Of a stretch of DNA of 64,000 nucleotides, positions 1 through 12,759 are shown one piece after another (position 1 is the first letter of the stretch; every line of letters begins with the position of its first letter). A program made the position numbers and the translations under genes. Location: NCBI RefSeq assembly GCF_009834535.1, contig NC_045697.1, positions 85,376,001 through 85,440,000 on the forward strand, written 5' to 3'. The notes beneath the pieces were generated by a model. It made no database searches. It saw nothing but the letters and a program-made list of their open reading frames with translations, and had not been told where the DNA came from. This stretch comes from Camelus ferus (taxonomy: Eukaryota).

Positions 1-560
1 CATCTAACTACCTAACAAAACCAGAAGCTGCTTTCTTTAAGAAAAATAAAACAATAGACAAGCTCTTGGGAAGATTTTTTAAAAAATGATTAGCCACAAA
101 TAATTTTAAATAATAAAGGAAAGAAAATTATAAATATGTAAAATATTTAAGGAACATAATATAATACTATGAACAAATTTGGAGCAGTGCATTTGAAAAT
201 TTAAGTGAAATGACACATTTTAAAGAAAGTATGAATTAAAATTTTGATTCAGGAAAAAATGGAAAAATCTGAGTAGAATACTATCAGTAAATAAATATAA
301 TAAAAAGTCACAAAGCTCCAAAGGATAATAGAACCAGATGGTTCACAGGTGTGTTTTATCAAATATTCAAGAAGTCAATAACTCCTAATAGGATACAAAT
401 TGTTTCTGAAGACAGAGAGAAGGAAAACACTCAAATTAATTTTGTGAAGCGAAGAAAACCTTTACAAGAAAACCAGACAAAGGCAGTCTGAGAAAGAAAA
501 ATTAGAAGACATTCTCATTCTGGGACATGAAAATATAAATCCAAGACAAATATTTTATGG
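1..560 (+). mobile_element. Old degenerate LINE-1 ORF2 fragment
   Basis: A-rich, with L1-like motifs (aaaaccagaagctgctttcttt...atagaca; ccagatggttcacaggtg; aaaaccagacaaagg). No intact ORF. Confidence 0.65.
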
Positions 561-1564
561 TTATACTCTATGTATGGTTTTGTAAATAACTTTATATCCT
601 CTGTGTATTTATATAAAATACACATAATTTTCTTGTAAATACGTATAAAATCAGGACTTGCACAAGAAACCAGATGTTGGCATTCACTGTACATTTTATC
701 TTACCCAAAATGCAGATGCAATAATCATTTTTATTATCTACCCTTTAAAAATACTTTGCAATTCTTAGTTCTGTCCTCTATAGATCCCTTGAGAGTAGTT
801 TCATTTTACTTTCAATGGTTACGGCGTTGAACCAGAACTTGGAGTTGCATGAAATGGGAATTCTAAAGGAACTTGCTCAAGCTCTTGTCAGAGAAGAGTA
901 TCGTGCCGTTTAACCCCGAGAGGACCAAGATCCAGAACCAGTCTCTGCCCTCTTAAGGTGCCTGCCACTCAGTCCCCTCCCTCAACACTCCAAAGCAGCC
1001 TGTAAGGGAGAAAGCCTCAAGGTGGCTTGAAGATGTTTGGAGTGCTGGGTGAACAGGTAAGAGACGCCTTCCTCACTATTCCACCCCTAACAGGAAACTG
1101 GTTAGGATTCAAGGAACATGTAGACTGAAGAACTGTTTTGAAAGAACTTGGTTCCTCGCTCTCACTGTATTAAGTGGGGGGGGGGGGGAGGGTAGGAGTT
1201 TACAAGGGGGACAGTAAAAGAGAAGCCAAGGGATGACCTGCTTTTAACCCAACCTCCGTGTCACGTGGACTCAGGGACAATTTCTACGTAGAGTCTCAGC
1301 TTTACTTGCCAGTGTCAACTTGATTCATGTAGAGCAGAAACACAGAGCCTCCGAAACAGTGTTTCATGTAAATGTTAATGAAAAAATCACCTAAACTGGG
1401 CTTTAGAAACATCTCCTTTTGAACTTACATTTGAATAACCTGTTTGACTGTTGGTGTCCTGTGCGCATTGACCCCTAGGCAGTGCTCCGAATTGCAGGTG
1501 AGCACTCCCGCAAAGGTACTGCTGAGGCGCAGGATGAAGACGAGGGCTGCGAGTATTTCACTTG

Positions 1565-2040
1565 CGTTAAAAAAAAAATTTATTCTGACACTTGTTAAAA
1601 TAGTAAGGTAGACTTTATTCAGGACTGTCACCATAGGTGCAGGGACATCTGTGATGGGGTTTTGCAGTGGGAAAGACTGGGCTCAACTCCAGATACAACA
1701 CAGAAAACTAGGGATTCCTACCCTAAGAGCAGGGTGGGAGGAGGGGTCAGTGGGTGAAAAATTGCTCTGGGAGTATGGTAATTCTGGCTAAACTGACCTA
1801 ACAGGATTCTTGCTGAAGGCAGGCCAGGTGCTAAGATACTATCTGAGGGGTGGTGAGGGAGGAGAAGTTTGCTCAGACATCCAGCGTTATCAGAGTCCAG
1901 GGTGACGGATTCCCACTAAACTGACTTAGCAGGATTCTTGCGAAACCTGGGCTATGCCAGCCCTCCCAAGATGGACGCTGAAGGTTCAGGTCTACGCAGC
2001 TCAGACGAGCCTGTCTAGAGGTGAAGGGGAGAGTCTGTCA
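1565..2040 (-). mobile_element. Solo ERV1-class LTR, MER31-like
   Basis: Minus strand starts TGACAGACTCTC. Internal duplication ctaaactgac(c/t)ta(a/g)caggattcttgc; AATAAA on minus near 1614-1619; flanking 4-bp direct repeat cttg (1561-1564, 2041-2044). Confidence 0.75.
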
Positions 2041-5000
2041 CTTGCCGGGAGAGGAAGTGAGTACACAATAATGAACATGGGAGAGGTGGGTGATTATCCG
2101 GAACTTGCGGATGGTTTAATATGTAACTGATGTAGACCATCACCGTGTGTTTACGCTGATACACATTTTACACATCTGAGGAGAAGGTCTGGGAAGAACC
2201 CATGTTTAAAGAAGAATGAGATCAAAGTGACACAGAATGTGGGCCAAAATATCAAATTCAAGATAAATCTGTGCAAAACAAAACCCCAAACAACCACAGA
2301 CAACTCTATATGCTAAAACACAAAAGCATTAAATAAAGGTTTATTGGCATCATATTACGGATGCATTTTATCATATGTAAGCAATTACAACAAATACTAT
2401 ATAATAAGATACATAAGCAAATACCAAGAAAGGTCTTTGTGATACAGCATAAGACACCATTAAATGGAACTAATCTACACAGTGAGAGGAACCTTGTGAT
2501 ACTTAGTGAATTATTCCTCTTTTGTCTCTAGCTCTTCATGTTTATCCATGTCAAAGAGGATTTGTTGAGAAATGTCTAGTCCAAGGTTTGAATATGTTTG
2601 AACTTTCCCCACTTTTATCAGTTTATTCCTCATGTATTCTATTCTGCAAGTTCACCAATAAGCACTAGAGCTCACACTGCACAAATGGAACTAGAAAGAT
2701 ACACACGTTTGGACCAGATGTATTCATCTTTTATGCATGTTGTGACCTTGAGCACATTATGTCATGTCTCTGTTCTTTGGGTTCTCTGTCTGCTCAATGA
2801 GAATACACTCATGTCTTCATCTCAGGGTTGTTATGGGGGTTAAATAATTGTATTTCCCATGCCTGGCACTCAGTATGTGCCCAAAGGTGTTTGGTTTCCC
2901 TGTTTTTCCAAAAAGAATTTTAGAGAGCATCTCCCTCATTTGACAAAAGAGAAACCTCAAGACGACGGAAGTTAAAAAAAAACAACACGTCCTAAGTCCT
3001 GTTTCCACACTCTTTTCACTGCTGTCCTTTCTCTTACTAGCTTGTCTTTTGATTTCAATAGAGAAAACTCTGTGGAACCAAAAAATATTCCTTTCTTCTT
3101 TTTAAAATAGGTAAGCCACCAAGAGACTTTTAAAGTAGGAGTGAGTTTTATGAAAGGTAGTAAGTCGTCTAAGAACTGTTTTAGATCCTCAGAGATATTA
3201 GAAACAGAAGTTCCGTTCTTCCAAGATTTCCAGAGCAGAGCATAAGTATTCTGTATGCTTTGGCACCAACAACTCCAGCACCGAGTGTTTATCTGCACGT
3301 TTCAACCCAGGCCTCCCGAAGGCTTGCCCGTGGAATTGGCAAAGCGAGTGGAGTTCAGTATTAAGAGCAGTCGAGTGTGTGAAGCACACAGCTGTATTTG
3401 AAGCCCAGCTCTCTTCCATTAGTCAACAGAACATGACAAAAAGCAAGTAGTTTAAATGTGAGTGCTGGGATCTTACCCTGCTTTCGCCTCTTTGTCATCT
3501 GTTCCCATACCTGGAGAGCACCCATGGATAAGCCAAGAGAACCTGGGACTGTGTGCGTGATGGAAAAAGGCAAAGTTCGGCAGCCTGTAATTTAGAACTT
3601 GGCCCTTTTATTCGAGAAAGAGTAGCAAGCTTTATTCAGCAGGAAGGAGATATTCAATACCACCATTTAAAAATAGCTCAAAGAGTCTGTTATTTCTTTA
3701 AAATCATATTTTTAAAATGACATTTTACTATAATAAAATGGGTTGAATTTTATTTGGTTATTTAAAAAATATATGCATATTTGTCTCTCTTACTTGTTTC
3801 ATTTGCCTCTTTACTGGTCTCAAGTAAAGTTCTTAGTACATCCAGAAAAAGCAGGAAATGTTCAATGTCACTAAGGCTACTTGTGGCTGCTATGATACGT
3901 GGAAACTCAGTCATTGGAAACGGGCCATTTTTGTGACTACGCCAGTTGCTCCTAGCAAATTGCTCACACAGCAAACTATCTGTTGTTATAACTCTTAAAT
4001 GGTCCAGCCACAATCCAGTTATTTTAGACAGACGGATCCACAGCTCAAAACTGGTCAGACAAACATAGAGGCCTATGAGACATCTCTGTGGCTTTTGAGG
4101 GTAACATACTGTTTCCAAAAAAAAAATGCTCATTGATCTGGCACTGGGGACATTTTCCAGCCTGCATGGTAAAAGTAGCATTATGTTAATTTTATTTAAT
4201 AGATGTGAGTTCATTTTATAGGAAAGGTTGAGACTGAACAGTCAAACCTCTAACCCTGCTCTGTATTAGTGTACTTGGTTCTGTTTATTATAAATAATTG
4301 TTCTCAGAAGATAAACTCTGTCAGAGTTATAATTAATTATGGATGTTTGGAGGTCTCGTCAAGTGTATCTTAAAACAACTGTTTATACTCTTCTGCACCA
4401 CCCTATTTACACAAGGGAGAAGGATTATAACAAGAGATAACTATAGACAAGAAATAGGTATTTGTTCCTTTCCAAATTATGACAATTTGACTGGACATTA
4501 ATCTTGGCACTATTTACACAAGAGAAAGACTGGAAACATTTTGAAATTGCCGTTTATAAACTCAACAGTTTCTGACAATAATAGCAGGCTCACAAATAAA
4601 GCAATGCATTCATTGCTTCTCTTAGTTGTAAGATGGTTATTTTTCCTTTTGTTCTGTCTGGATCTCATCACCCATAACAAGAACCAATCTGCTCTGACTT
4701 CTCTGTTTTGCACCTTAGTCTCAATTCATGAAATTGTTTCACATTCTAAATCCTGGGACACGTCCACGTCCTGGGAGGCTGCTTGATGTGTCCTGGCTTC
4801 GAAGTTTCTAGACTCTACACTTCTAACAGGTTTCCGGAAAACTTTACACTTTTCTGAAAATTCTCCTCTGCAGCACAATGGGATGATGAGTTTCATTCAT
4901 TCTTATTTCTGTTTTTTGAGGGGTCCTTTACTAGGTCTCCATGTCTCTCCCTACATTAGTCTTCTCCCCTCTAATTGATGCCACACAAGCTTCATTATTA

Positions 5001-6070
5001 TCTGAATAATGACAACACAAGAATGCAATCACGCCTAAGGTCTCACACTCTTCAATCCTGGAATTATTAAACTTCTTTTATACTTTGAAAGAATATTTTA
5101 AAGTACCTTTGCAAGAAGTATAAGGGTGGATACGAAAAGCCATTCTAAGTAACTGCATCTCTCGGTTTTGATTATGAAGCTTATTTCTCAAAGGCTGAGG
5201 AAGAGGAAGGCAAATAAACAGAAAGGAAGGAAACTTTACCCTGATGCAAGATCAACCATTCCTAGCAAAGAGTGGGATGCAGTTTTAATAGGGTGGATGG
5301 TGATGTCAGTCAAGTTTTCCAGTGTCAGGTTGCATGTAGGACGGAATCCAAAACCTTAATATAATTAAGCTGTATCAGATCTCTCACTTCCCTTGATCTC
5401 TCAGGCCACTTAAAGAAAGAAATCAGATGAAACTCCACTTTCCTCCATGCTCCACTTCCTCCCTCTACTCTCCTCTCTCCCACTTCACACCTTCAGAACA
5501 ACAACAAAGCCCCAAATCCCAAGCCCCTGCGTATTTTTCTGGCTACAACTCTCTGGGGAAAACAGAATGATGAGTGTGCTCTGATGCCTCCCAGGTCCCA
5601 TGGACAACTACAAACAGGGGACAGCTGAAGTCTGGCAGCAGTCACTTCACTTGCGCCTGGGGGGAGGACCCAAAGGCAAGTTCCCAGCAGACGTTATCTT
5701 TCTTGCACCGCATTGAAGTGGGGAAGGAAGTGGCTGGAGGTGCTTCAGATGACCTTGTTCTTCAGGTTAGATGCTAGTTTTTGTCTTGTTTTGCTCTGAA
5801 GCCAGGCAGGGAAGAGAGACTGAGACACATACTCTGGGTGCCCTGCTGTGTGTTTTCTGGAGTGAAGAAGTGCTTCAAATGGAGCCCCAGAGGGAACATG
5901 AAACTGGGAGTACGGGTATCGGGGTTCTTGCCTCAGCTAGGCTTCGATTTCCTCAACTGTAAATGAGGTAGTAGAACTAGATGATCCCTCAGAGGGGTTA
6001 GTAAAGTGTTGGAAGAGATACCGATTGTTTCAGGCTCAACAAATTCCTTGAATTGTGTGCAAAACTAAGC

Positions 6071-6106
6071 GTGTGTGTGTGTGTGTGTGTGTGTTTGTGT
6101 GTGTGT
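6071..6106. repeat. (GT)n microsatellite, one interruption
   Basis: Directly visible. Confidence 0.95.
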
Positions 6107-8640
6107 TTTCACTGAAGATGTCTACACCTCCCAAACTATTAAGAACCACTAAACTATTTTCAAACTCTAAATTTCATCTAAGTGATTTTTTATTTGAAGT
6201 CACTTCATTTGGCTTTTCAGGATACAAAAATCATGTAAGTTTTATGAATGTATTCTGAGTAACTAGAAAAAGCAATGTGTATGTCCTTTCCAGCACTAAT
6301 CCTTTAAGGCATGCTTTAAAAAATTAATCTAGACATTAATTATAAAGTAATTTAACCAAGAAAATTATCTTCTATAATTTTTATACATTCTACATGATTT
6401 TAGATTTTAAAAAATGCAGGACTTACTATTAAAGCAATTGACTAACACTATTACTGCCTCCATTTGTGTGTGCGTGCAAACCCAGATTAGAATACTTTCG
6501 GTCTCTAAAAATAATAGTAATTTTTTTTCTTACAAGTTTGAAGTTGTCAATTATAGGTTACACACACATTCTTAAGGAAATCTGAAATGGTCTTTAAGAA
6601 TGAGTTGCTTTGAAATCATAAATAAGACAAAAAGTTTGTTTCCTTTTGGAAAATAATCCACAAGTGACTGTTTTCTGCCCCCAACAATTGGTGATTTATA
6701 TTCTAGTAAGGATTTTGGAATCTAGTCTAAGCAATTCCACTCATTTTTTTCAACCATGAGAACTTTCTTTTTATTTCCCTGGTTCTTCAATTTCTTTTTG
6801 CACCTGAAAAATAAAGATAGTGAACTTGAATGAAGTGTCCTCAAAGATTCCTCCCCCCTCAGTGACACTGTGGCTGTCCTTGGGATTCTAAATGTCCTGT
6901 TCTCAACACAGCGATCCTGGAACTTAGGCGAGACAAAGTGGTACTTTCATATTAGCTACGTTCGAGGTCTTTTGTTAATTAAGAACAATTTTTCTTTCTT
7001 GTCCTCAGTTCACCTGAATACTTCTAAAATCTAAACACATTAGTAAATAAGAGCTTTATTTTTTAATAGGTTTCTCTTTTTCTTTATGAGTGATAGAAGT
7101 TTCACAATGTATATTTAATTTTCGCATAATTTTTAAAAGGCAAATTTCACCGGGGCCATGAAAGAATTCTCTGATATATACAGACTATATAGAAACCATC
7201 ATCTTAGCTGGCTGAAAAGTAAAAGCTTGGTTGAATTGACTTGGCCTGGTTCTCAGGGTTTCCCAGGCATTAAGCAATATGTGAGAGTCAAGACCATCAC
7301 CTTCAGAAGTTGCAATAACTTTTTGATTCACTGTAGTCCCATTTAACACACTGCTGTGCAATAATATGTTTGATAAAGTTGAATGTCCTTCCAAAAGCAC
7401 AGACCATCTCTGGGATTCTGTCAGTTTTAAAGCTCTCCTTCTGAGCTGCTTGGTTACACGGCCATTGGGTACATGTTCATTTTTCCTTTTTTTTAAAAAA
7501 AGTATTTCAGATGTCATACTGATTCGTACAGATATGGTAAATTATGTTTTGCTACCTTAAGACAGATGAAGTGGATGATACATTTTAAAGGGGGTCATTT
7601 TCTCCTGTGGTGAGCAGAGCACCTTTCGTAAGGGCCACCACATACGCTCCCCAAGCCATAGTGGTCCTGTGCCCCACAGGAATGCTGCTCATGCACGCTC
7701 ACCGTATGAAGGGTAGTGCCAGCAGCTACGGGAAATGTCGTGGTGAAGGAATTCTACCTGTCCCCACTTGTACTAATTTAGAATTAGAGACCTCTACAAA
7801 AGACAATGTCTTATGACAGGAGGTATCCTATAATGTAATCTTCTTCAAATCTATCACCACCTAATTTTATAAACGGGAAAGAAGGACAATGGGCGGTAAC
7901 AGATTTCCCTAAAGCCACATGGCTTAGTTGGTTGTAAATCCCAGACTCTTCTGAATCCTGGTCCAGTGTTCTCAGGAAACCTCATGTATAGAACCCATGG
8001 AGAAGGAAACTCTCTAAAACTGCCCTTTGTATAGAGTTTTTGATAAACAGTTTCTATTATTATTTGCCTAGATTTTATCTTACACATCAATTACTTTTTA
8101 AAAGTTCATGAAAAATCAAAGTTAAAAGTATCAGACTGTTTATGTTACAAAACAGCTGCTTTCATAGTTTTGTCACTGCTAAGTACAGTCCTAATGGGTG
8201 GTTGCTAAGTTGCTTCCACGAGAAATGAAAATAATTATTTTGCTAATATCCAAGCAGATGGACAATACTTGTAATATCTCAATTTTGTGCTTAAAATAGA
8301 TGCTGATTTTTAAAACAGAGGCAATATATTTTAGGTTGTCAGGGACAATTTGTTGAATACTTAGCAAGCTACAGTGTTTGGCCTGTCCTATTCTTTTCAG
8401 ACAAGTCCACTGGCTCTCTCTCAAGTCTCACGACAGCTAGCTCCTATTCAATGTCAAAATACAAATTGTAATAACTGTCTTTAATGCCACAGTAACTTTG
8501 GAGATGCAGCATGCCTTTTAACTATTAAAAGAGTCAGTTCTGGTGCCAAATTCCATAATGGCGCAGTTTTGGAGACAGAACAGAAATTGAATACACCAAG
8601 GGAGCTGCTTGGGAAAATGAACAGTATATAATCTAATATC

Positions 8641-8656
8641 TTTAATTTTATATACA
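8641..8656 (-). terminator. Candidate proximal poly(A) signal ATTAAA (8646-8641) with upstream TGTA elements; second ATTAAA at 8485-8480
   Basis: Minus strand reads ...catgtacaaag...catgtatataaaattaaaga, ~610 nt after the stop. Includes TGTATATA (Pumilio-type motif) at 8656-8649. Confidence 0.5.
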
Positions 8657-9257
8657 TGAATATAATGTATGTCAACTTTGTACATGAGATACACACAGTA
8701 TTTAAACATTTTACTCAACAGATAAGAATTTACAATAGCAATATGACTGACTAAAGGGCTGTCCACTTAATATATTTAGATTAGCTCTGTACTTTAACAT
8801 GGAAAGACTGGAATAGTTTACAATCATAGAAACACTGACATTTAAAACAAGACTTTATAAAATAATTTATATATATATCCTAGCATCTATTGAGAGGAAT
8901 GATTTGCATTTGTGGATGTGTGCAATGAATAGCGTATTTAAATTTTTAGGTAATAAAATAATTTAGAAGCTGTCCATGCAGTGGTCAAAGCAAAGGATGG
9001 CAGTTCCTTCAAGATGTCCTCTATCTTTGACATCAGCGGACATCAGACACACCTTAGGTACCACGGGGGCACACTAGACCAAGTCTCTTCCAGCAATTAC
9101 TTATATAAACAGCCACAGACACAGGCGGATATCCTTCTTTCCATAGCACAAGTACAGGTCACAACTTTTCTCAGCTGTGGGAGTAGTCAGTGTATACTTA
9201 AAGTGATTTGATGTCTCTCCTGGAGTTCTACATAATATATATCTCTCTACACGGTAA

Positions 9258-10651
9258 CTAACAGAACTTCCTGGTTTTCACGACTTTACTCTGATACTTC
9301 ACAGAGTGCCCGCCATGTCCTATGACATAAACATCCAGCAGGTAAGATTTCCCAGGCTGAAGACCTTTAATTGTTTCTGTGGTCACTGCTTTTTGCAGGT
9401 TCTGACTGTGGAAATATTTACAGAGGACCTTCTCTGACTTCTTCCTGGTATCTGGTCCAAGGCATTGGTTTTGCTCTCTTTTCTTCTGGTCTTCATTGTA
9501 GTTATCATCCACTTCCTTTTTGTAGATGCAAAACTTGTTCCTTTCCTGGGTGCCCAGCCACGCCACAGTGGCTGAGGAGCAGGTACGGAGCTTGTCGAAG
9601 GCTTTGATTCGTGTGTCTTCGGGAAGGGAGGGAAATGACTGCTTGCTCGGCCTCGTGGTAGCAAGTATTTTTAACATAGATGCTCCTTTCTTGTTCCCTT
9701 TCAGTCGAATGAGATATTTGGCTTTAGGTTTTCCTCTCAGCTGAAACTGCCGAATGCCTTCCACATTCTGAGACAGAATGAGTTTCCCGTCTCTTCTCAC
9801 TTGGATTTGGACAGCGTCCAGACAAGAGTGAATAAAGAAGGTGACCTTTTGGTGAGAAGAGACGGGAGCAAAACGTAGGAACTTTGCTCCCTTCCTTTTA
9901 ACAAACACATCTGTAACCTTCCCATCTTTCAGCTCCACTGTCTTCTGTTTGGCTTCCTCCTTGGTCCTGGCGAAGGTGCCCACGTAAGCGGTGCTCATGT
10001 TGCTGTTGCTGTTGGCCACGAAGACGTCAAAGTAGTACTGCGTGTCGGGTTTCAGATCCGACACGGTGAAGATGTTCTTGTTTCCTATGCAGATTTTCTG
10101 GATGTCCACCTTGGGCCTGACGTAGGCATGCCGCCCCAGCTTTGGAGAAGATTTTGTCAGGTAGCTGCGTTCTTTCCCTGAGTTATCTGATGGAAATCCG
10201 AAGTGGGCGAAGTCGAAAGGGCTGAAGTCCAGACCGGGCTTGGGAGCCATCATGAAAGCGTCGTCTGCACTCAGTTTGGCTTCTACTGCGCAGAGACTTT
10301 TGAAATTGTGCTCTTTGTTGATGACCACACAGTACTGAATGGGCTGTTTCAGCAGAGAGGCCGTGGGGCTGGGCTTCCAGGCCAAAGTGACCGTGGTGCA
10401 TCCCAGGGAGGTGACATCGACTCTTGGATCATAAGGTAATTCCGGGTAGGGCTGATCAGACTCGGGAGTCGTGGTGGCGTATACTTTGAAGTGTGTGTCT
10501 TTCTCTGTTGAAAGAAGCTCCAACTGATATAAGCCAGATGGAGAACTGGAAGATATGAAGTATTCCACGTCATTGCCTTTGTAGGAGAATAACTCTGTGC
10601 CTTCCTCGTTAATGATCTGCTGCTTCTGCTGATCCAGAAGTTCAGGCTCAC
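9258..10651 (-). CDS. NDNF: NDNF coding exon 4 (residues 105-568, fibronectin type III-containing region, ends ...VVKTRKFC-TAG)
   Basis: The 471-aa ORF 9258..10673 minus its intronic first residues. Acceptor cttccctcgtgtcttgtag|GT GAG CCT; stop TAG at 9260-9258. The sequence is recognisably NDNF. Confidence 0.97.
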
Positions 10652-11235
10652 CTACAAGACACGAGGGAAGCACAGTCTACATGTCAGGGCATGTGCTGTG
10701 GCTCATCAACCTTAAATTGTGTTTTTAGGACACTTTAATTTCATTTTAAAATTATAAAAAGAATACATGTTCCCAGTAGAAAATTTGGAGATAGAGAACA
10801 AGATAAAGTAGCATCCATTAATGCGTGATCCAGAGACAGTCTTTTATTAACATCTTGGTGTATTTCTATCAGTCTTTTTTTTAAACGTTATTCATGTTCT
10901 TTATCTGAGTCTCATCACTCCCCATATGCACTTATATTATTTTCCTAATCACAGCGTTCCCTCATCACTGTAAGTATCTAGCTTGCCAGATCCTGTCGTG
11001 GCACCAGCCTCAAACCTTCACTTTAGGCTTTGCCCCTTAAAGGGAACAGCATCTCTCCAGGGCCTCATAGACTGTACTCATTTCTTTGTATCTTGTTATT
11101 TGCTTTCCATCATCTGCATCTTCTTTAAATGCCTAACCTCCCCCTCCTCCTGACTTTCTTCTCATCCTGGACTTTCAGTGGTGACAAGTGTCCTTTTGTT
11201 CTCTTTGTTTCTACCCTTTATTCCTCAGAGATCAG

Positions 11236-11385
11236 AGGCTGCACATTAGAATCACCTGGCCCCAATGTCTAGACCACACCCCAGCGCCATGAAATCACAG
11301 CCTCTGAAGGCAGGACTCAGACATCAGTAGCATAAAAAATCCCAAGTGGTGATTCCAGTGTTCAGGTAAGACTGCAAACCACAGC
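11236..11385. mobile_element. MER5A-type hAT-Charlie relic in intron 3
   Basis: ggctgcacattagaatcacctgg...ggtgattccagtgttcagg...aaccac resembles the MER5A consensus. Confidence 0.6.
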
Positions 11386-11633
11386 CAGGGAAGCTAATCT
11401 CCACCCCTTGCCTTTCCTCACTCCTTACTCCTCATAACCTATCTCTCTTAACCTTTTATTTTACCAAGATCACCATCATCGGATACCATCCCCCATTTCC
11501 CTTATCTCCATTTCAAAATCTCCAGATTCACTGCAACCATGCTGTTTTTACTTACTAAGAGAAGGCTTTAGGTTTCCTAAGCCTTTGAGTCATCCATCCA
11601 GAGGTCTGGGACCACATCTGTCAGGCTGCTTAC

Positions 11634-11758
11634 CTGAGCCTTCCCCACTCGCCTCCTCGGGCAGCTCCTGGAGACTCAGCTTCCATTCCAATGGCGCATC
11701 GCAGGGAGTCACTGTGACTGACAGTGGAGTATTGTCTTCTTCAACCACAAAGAAATAC
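11634..11758 (-). CDS. NDNF: NDNF coding exon 3 (125 nt)
   Basis: Not in the ORF track; read manually as (R)YFFVVEEDNTPLSVTVTPCDAPLEWKLSLQELPEEASGEGS(G). Acceptor ttttgcacag|G; donor TCAG|gtaagc. Phases match both neighbouring exons. Confidence 0.95.
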
Positions 11759-12759
11759 CTGTGCAAAAGTGGACCACTTCAGACCAAGATCATTCATTGT
11801 AATGCTTACCACCAAGATTACTGGAAAAAATCACTTGGTTTGATTTGTATTCGTTGAATAGAAAATAAAACTGGCGATTGGACACAACTCATGAAACCTT
11901 CAGCATTAACTGTGGAAGTCCAACAGCCCAAGTTTCCCCAACCAGGTTTACTATCAACACAACATGAAATCATTAAAAGATGTTGAGCTGAAATGAATTG
12001 CTTGAGTTACTTGAGTTGAGAACCAACACTTAACCAGTTTGGGGGTGTTATTTAACATAGGCTCTGCCAGTGCAAAGTAAGTCACAACCAAGAAAGATTT
12101 CCAGTATGTCACCCTACAGATACTGTGTTTTCTATAAATTGGAGGATATATTTGTAAGTTACCCTGAGGGCACTCTAAAGTAGCCACCAACAATTCCAGG
12201 AGGTCATTTTCACAGCAGTGTAGTTCTAACATGCATGTTGGTCTTTGGCCAATAACACTGTATTCATGTTTTTACACTAGTGACTGTTCTCAGCTTTACT
12301 ATTACAATCCTTTTTGCAGAGGGGTATCTAATCACCATTTGAGAAATATTTTTGAAAGGCTAAGATCACGGTGTCAGTCAGTGGAAAGACCCATTTCTCT
12401 ACCACTAAGACTTTCTGTAGAATTAAATAACCTAGTGATTTTAAAAACAAAGTTTTAAAAGATCAAAACATTCTGCTCTATGCTTTCTCCTCATATTTTT
12501 TAAATGACACCTCAAATGAACTTTTAAGGAGGATACAAATATTGCCCATCTATAACAATGCCATATATTCTTACTCTGAATAATTTAGGTGATCTCATTT
12601 ATCTTTCCAAGCCCATAATCTGGCAAAGGAGGAAACGGTGGTTTCCATTGCAGCAAGCCCAGAGCTGCTCACTAGTTTCATGGCAAAGGATAATAAGTTT
12701 CACCTTCTAGAGATGGCACCTGCTGGGTATCTCTTGCCTCTCCATTCTCTCCACATCCC

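Noticed and set aside
3762..4214. 150-aa minus-strand ORF downstream of NDNF
   Set aside because: No recognisable family or supporting gene structure; most likely a chance ORF.
10652..10673. Apparent N-terminus MLPSCLV of the 471-aa ORF
   Set aside because: Intronic polypyrimidine tract and acceptor; the start is GTG. The true frame comes from exon 3.
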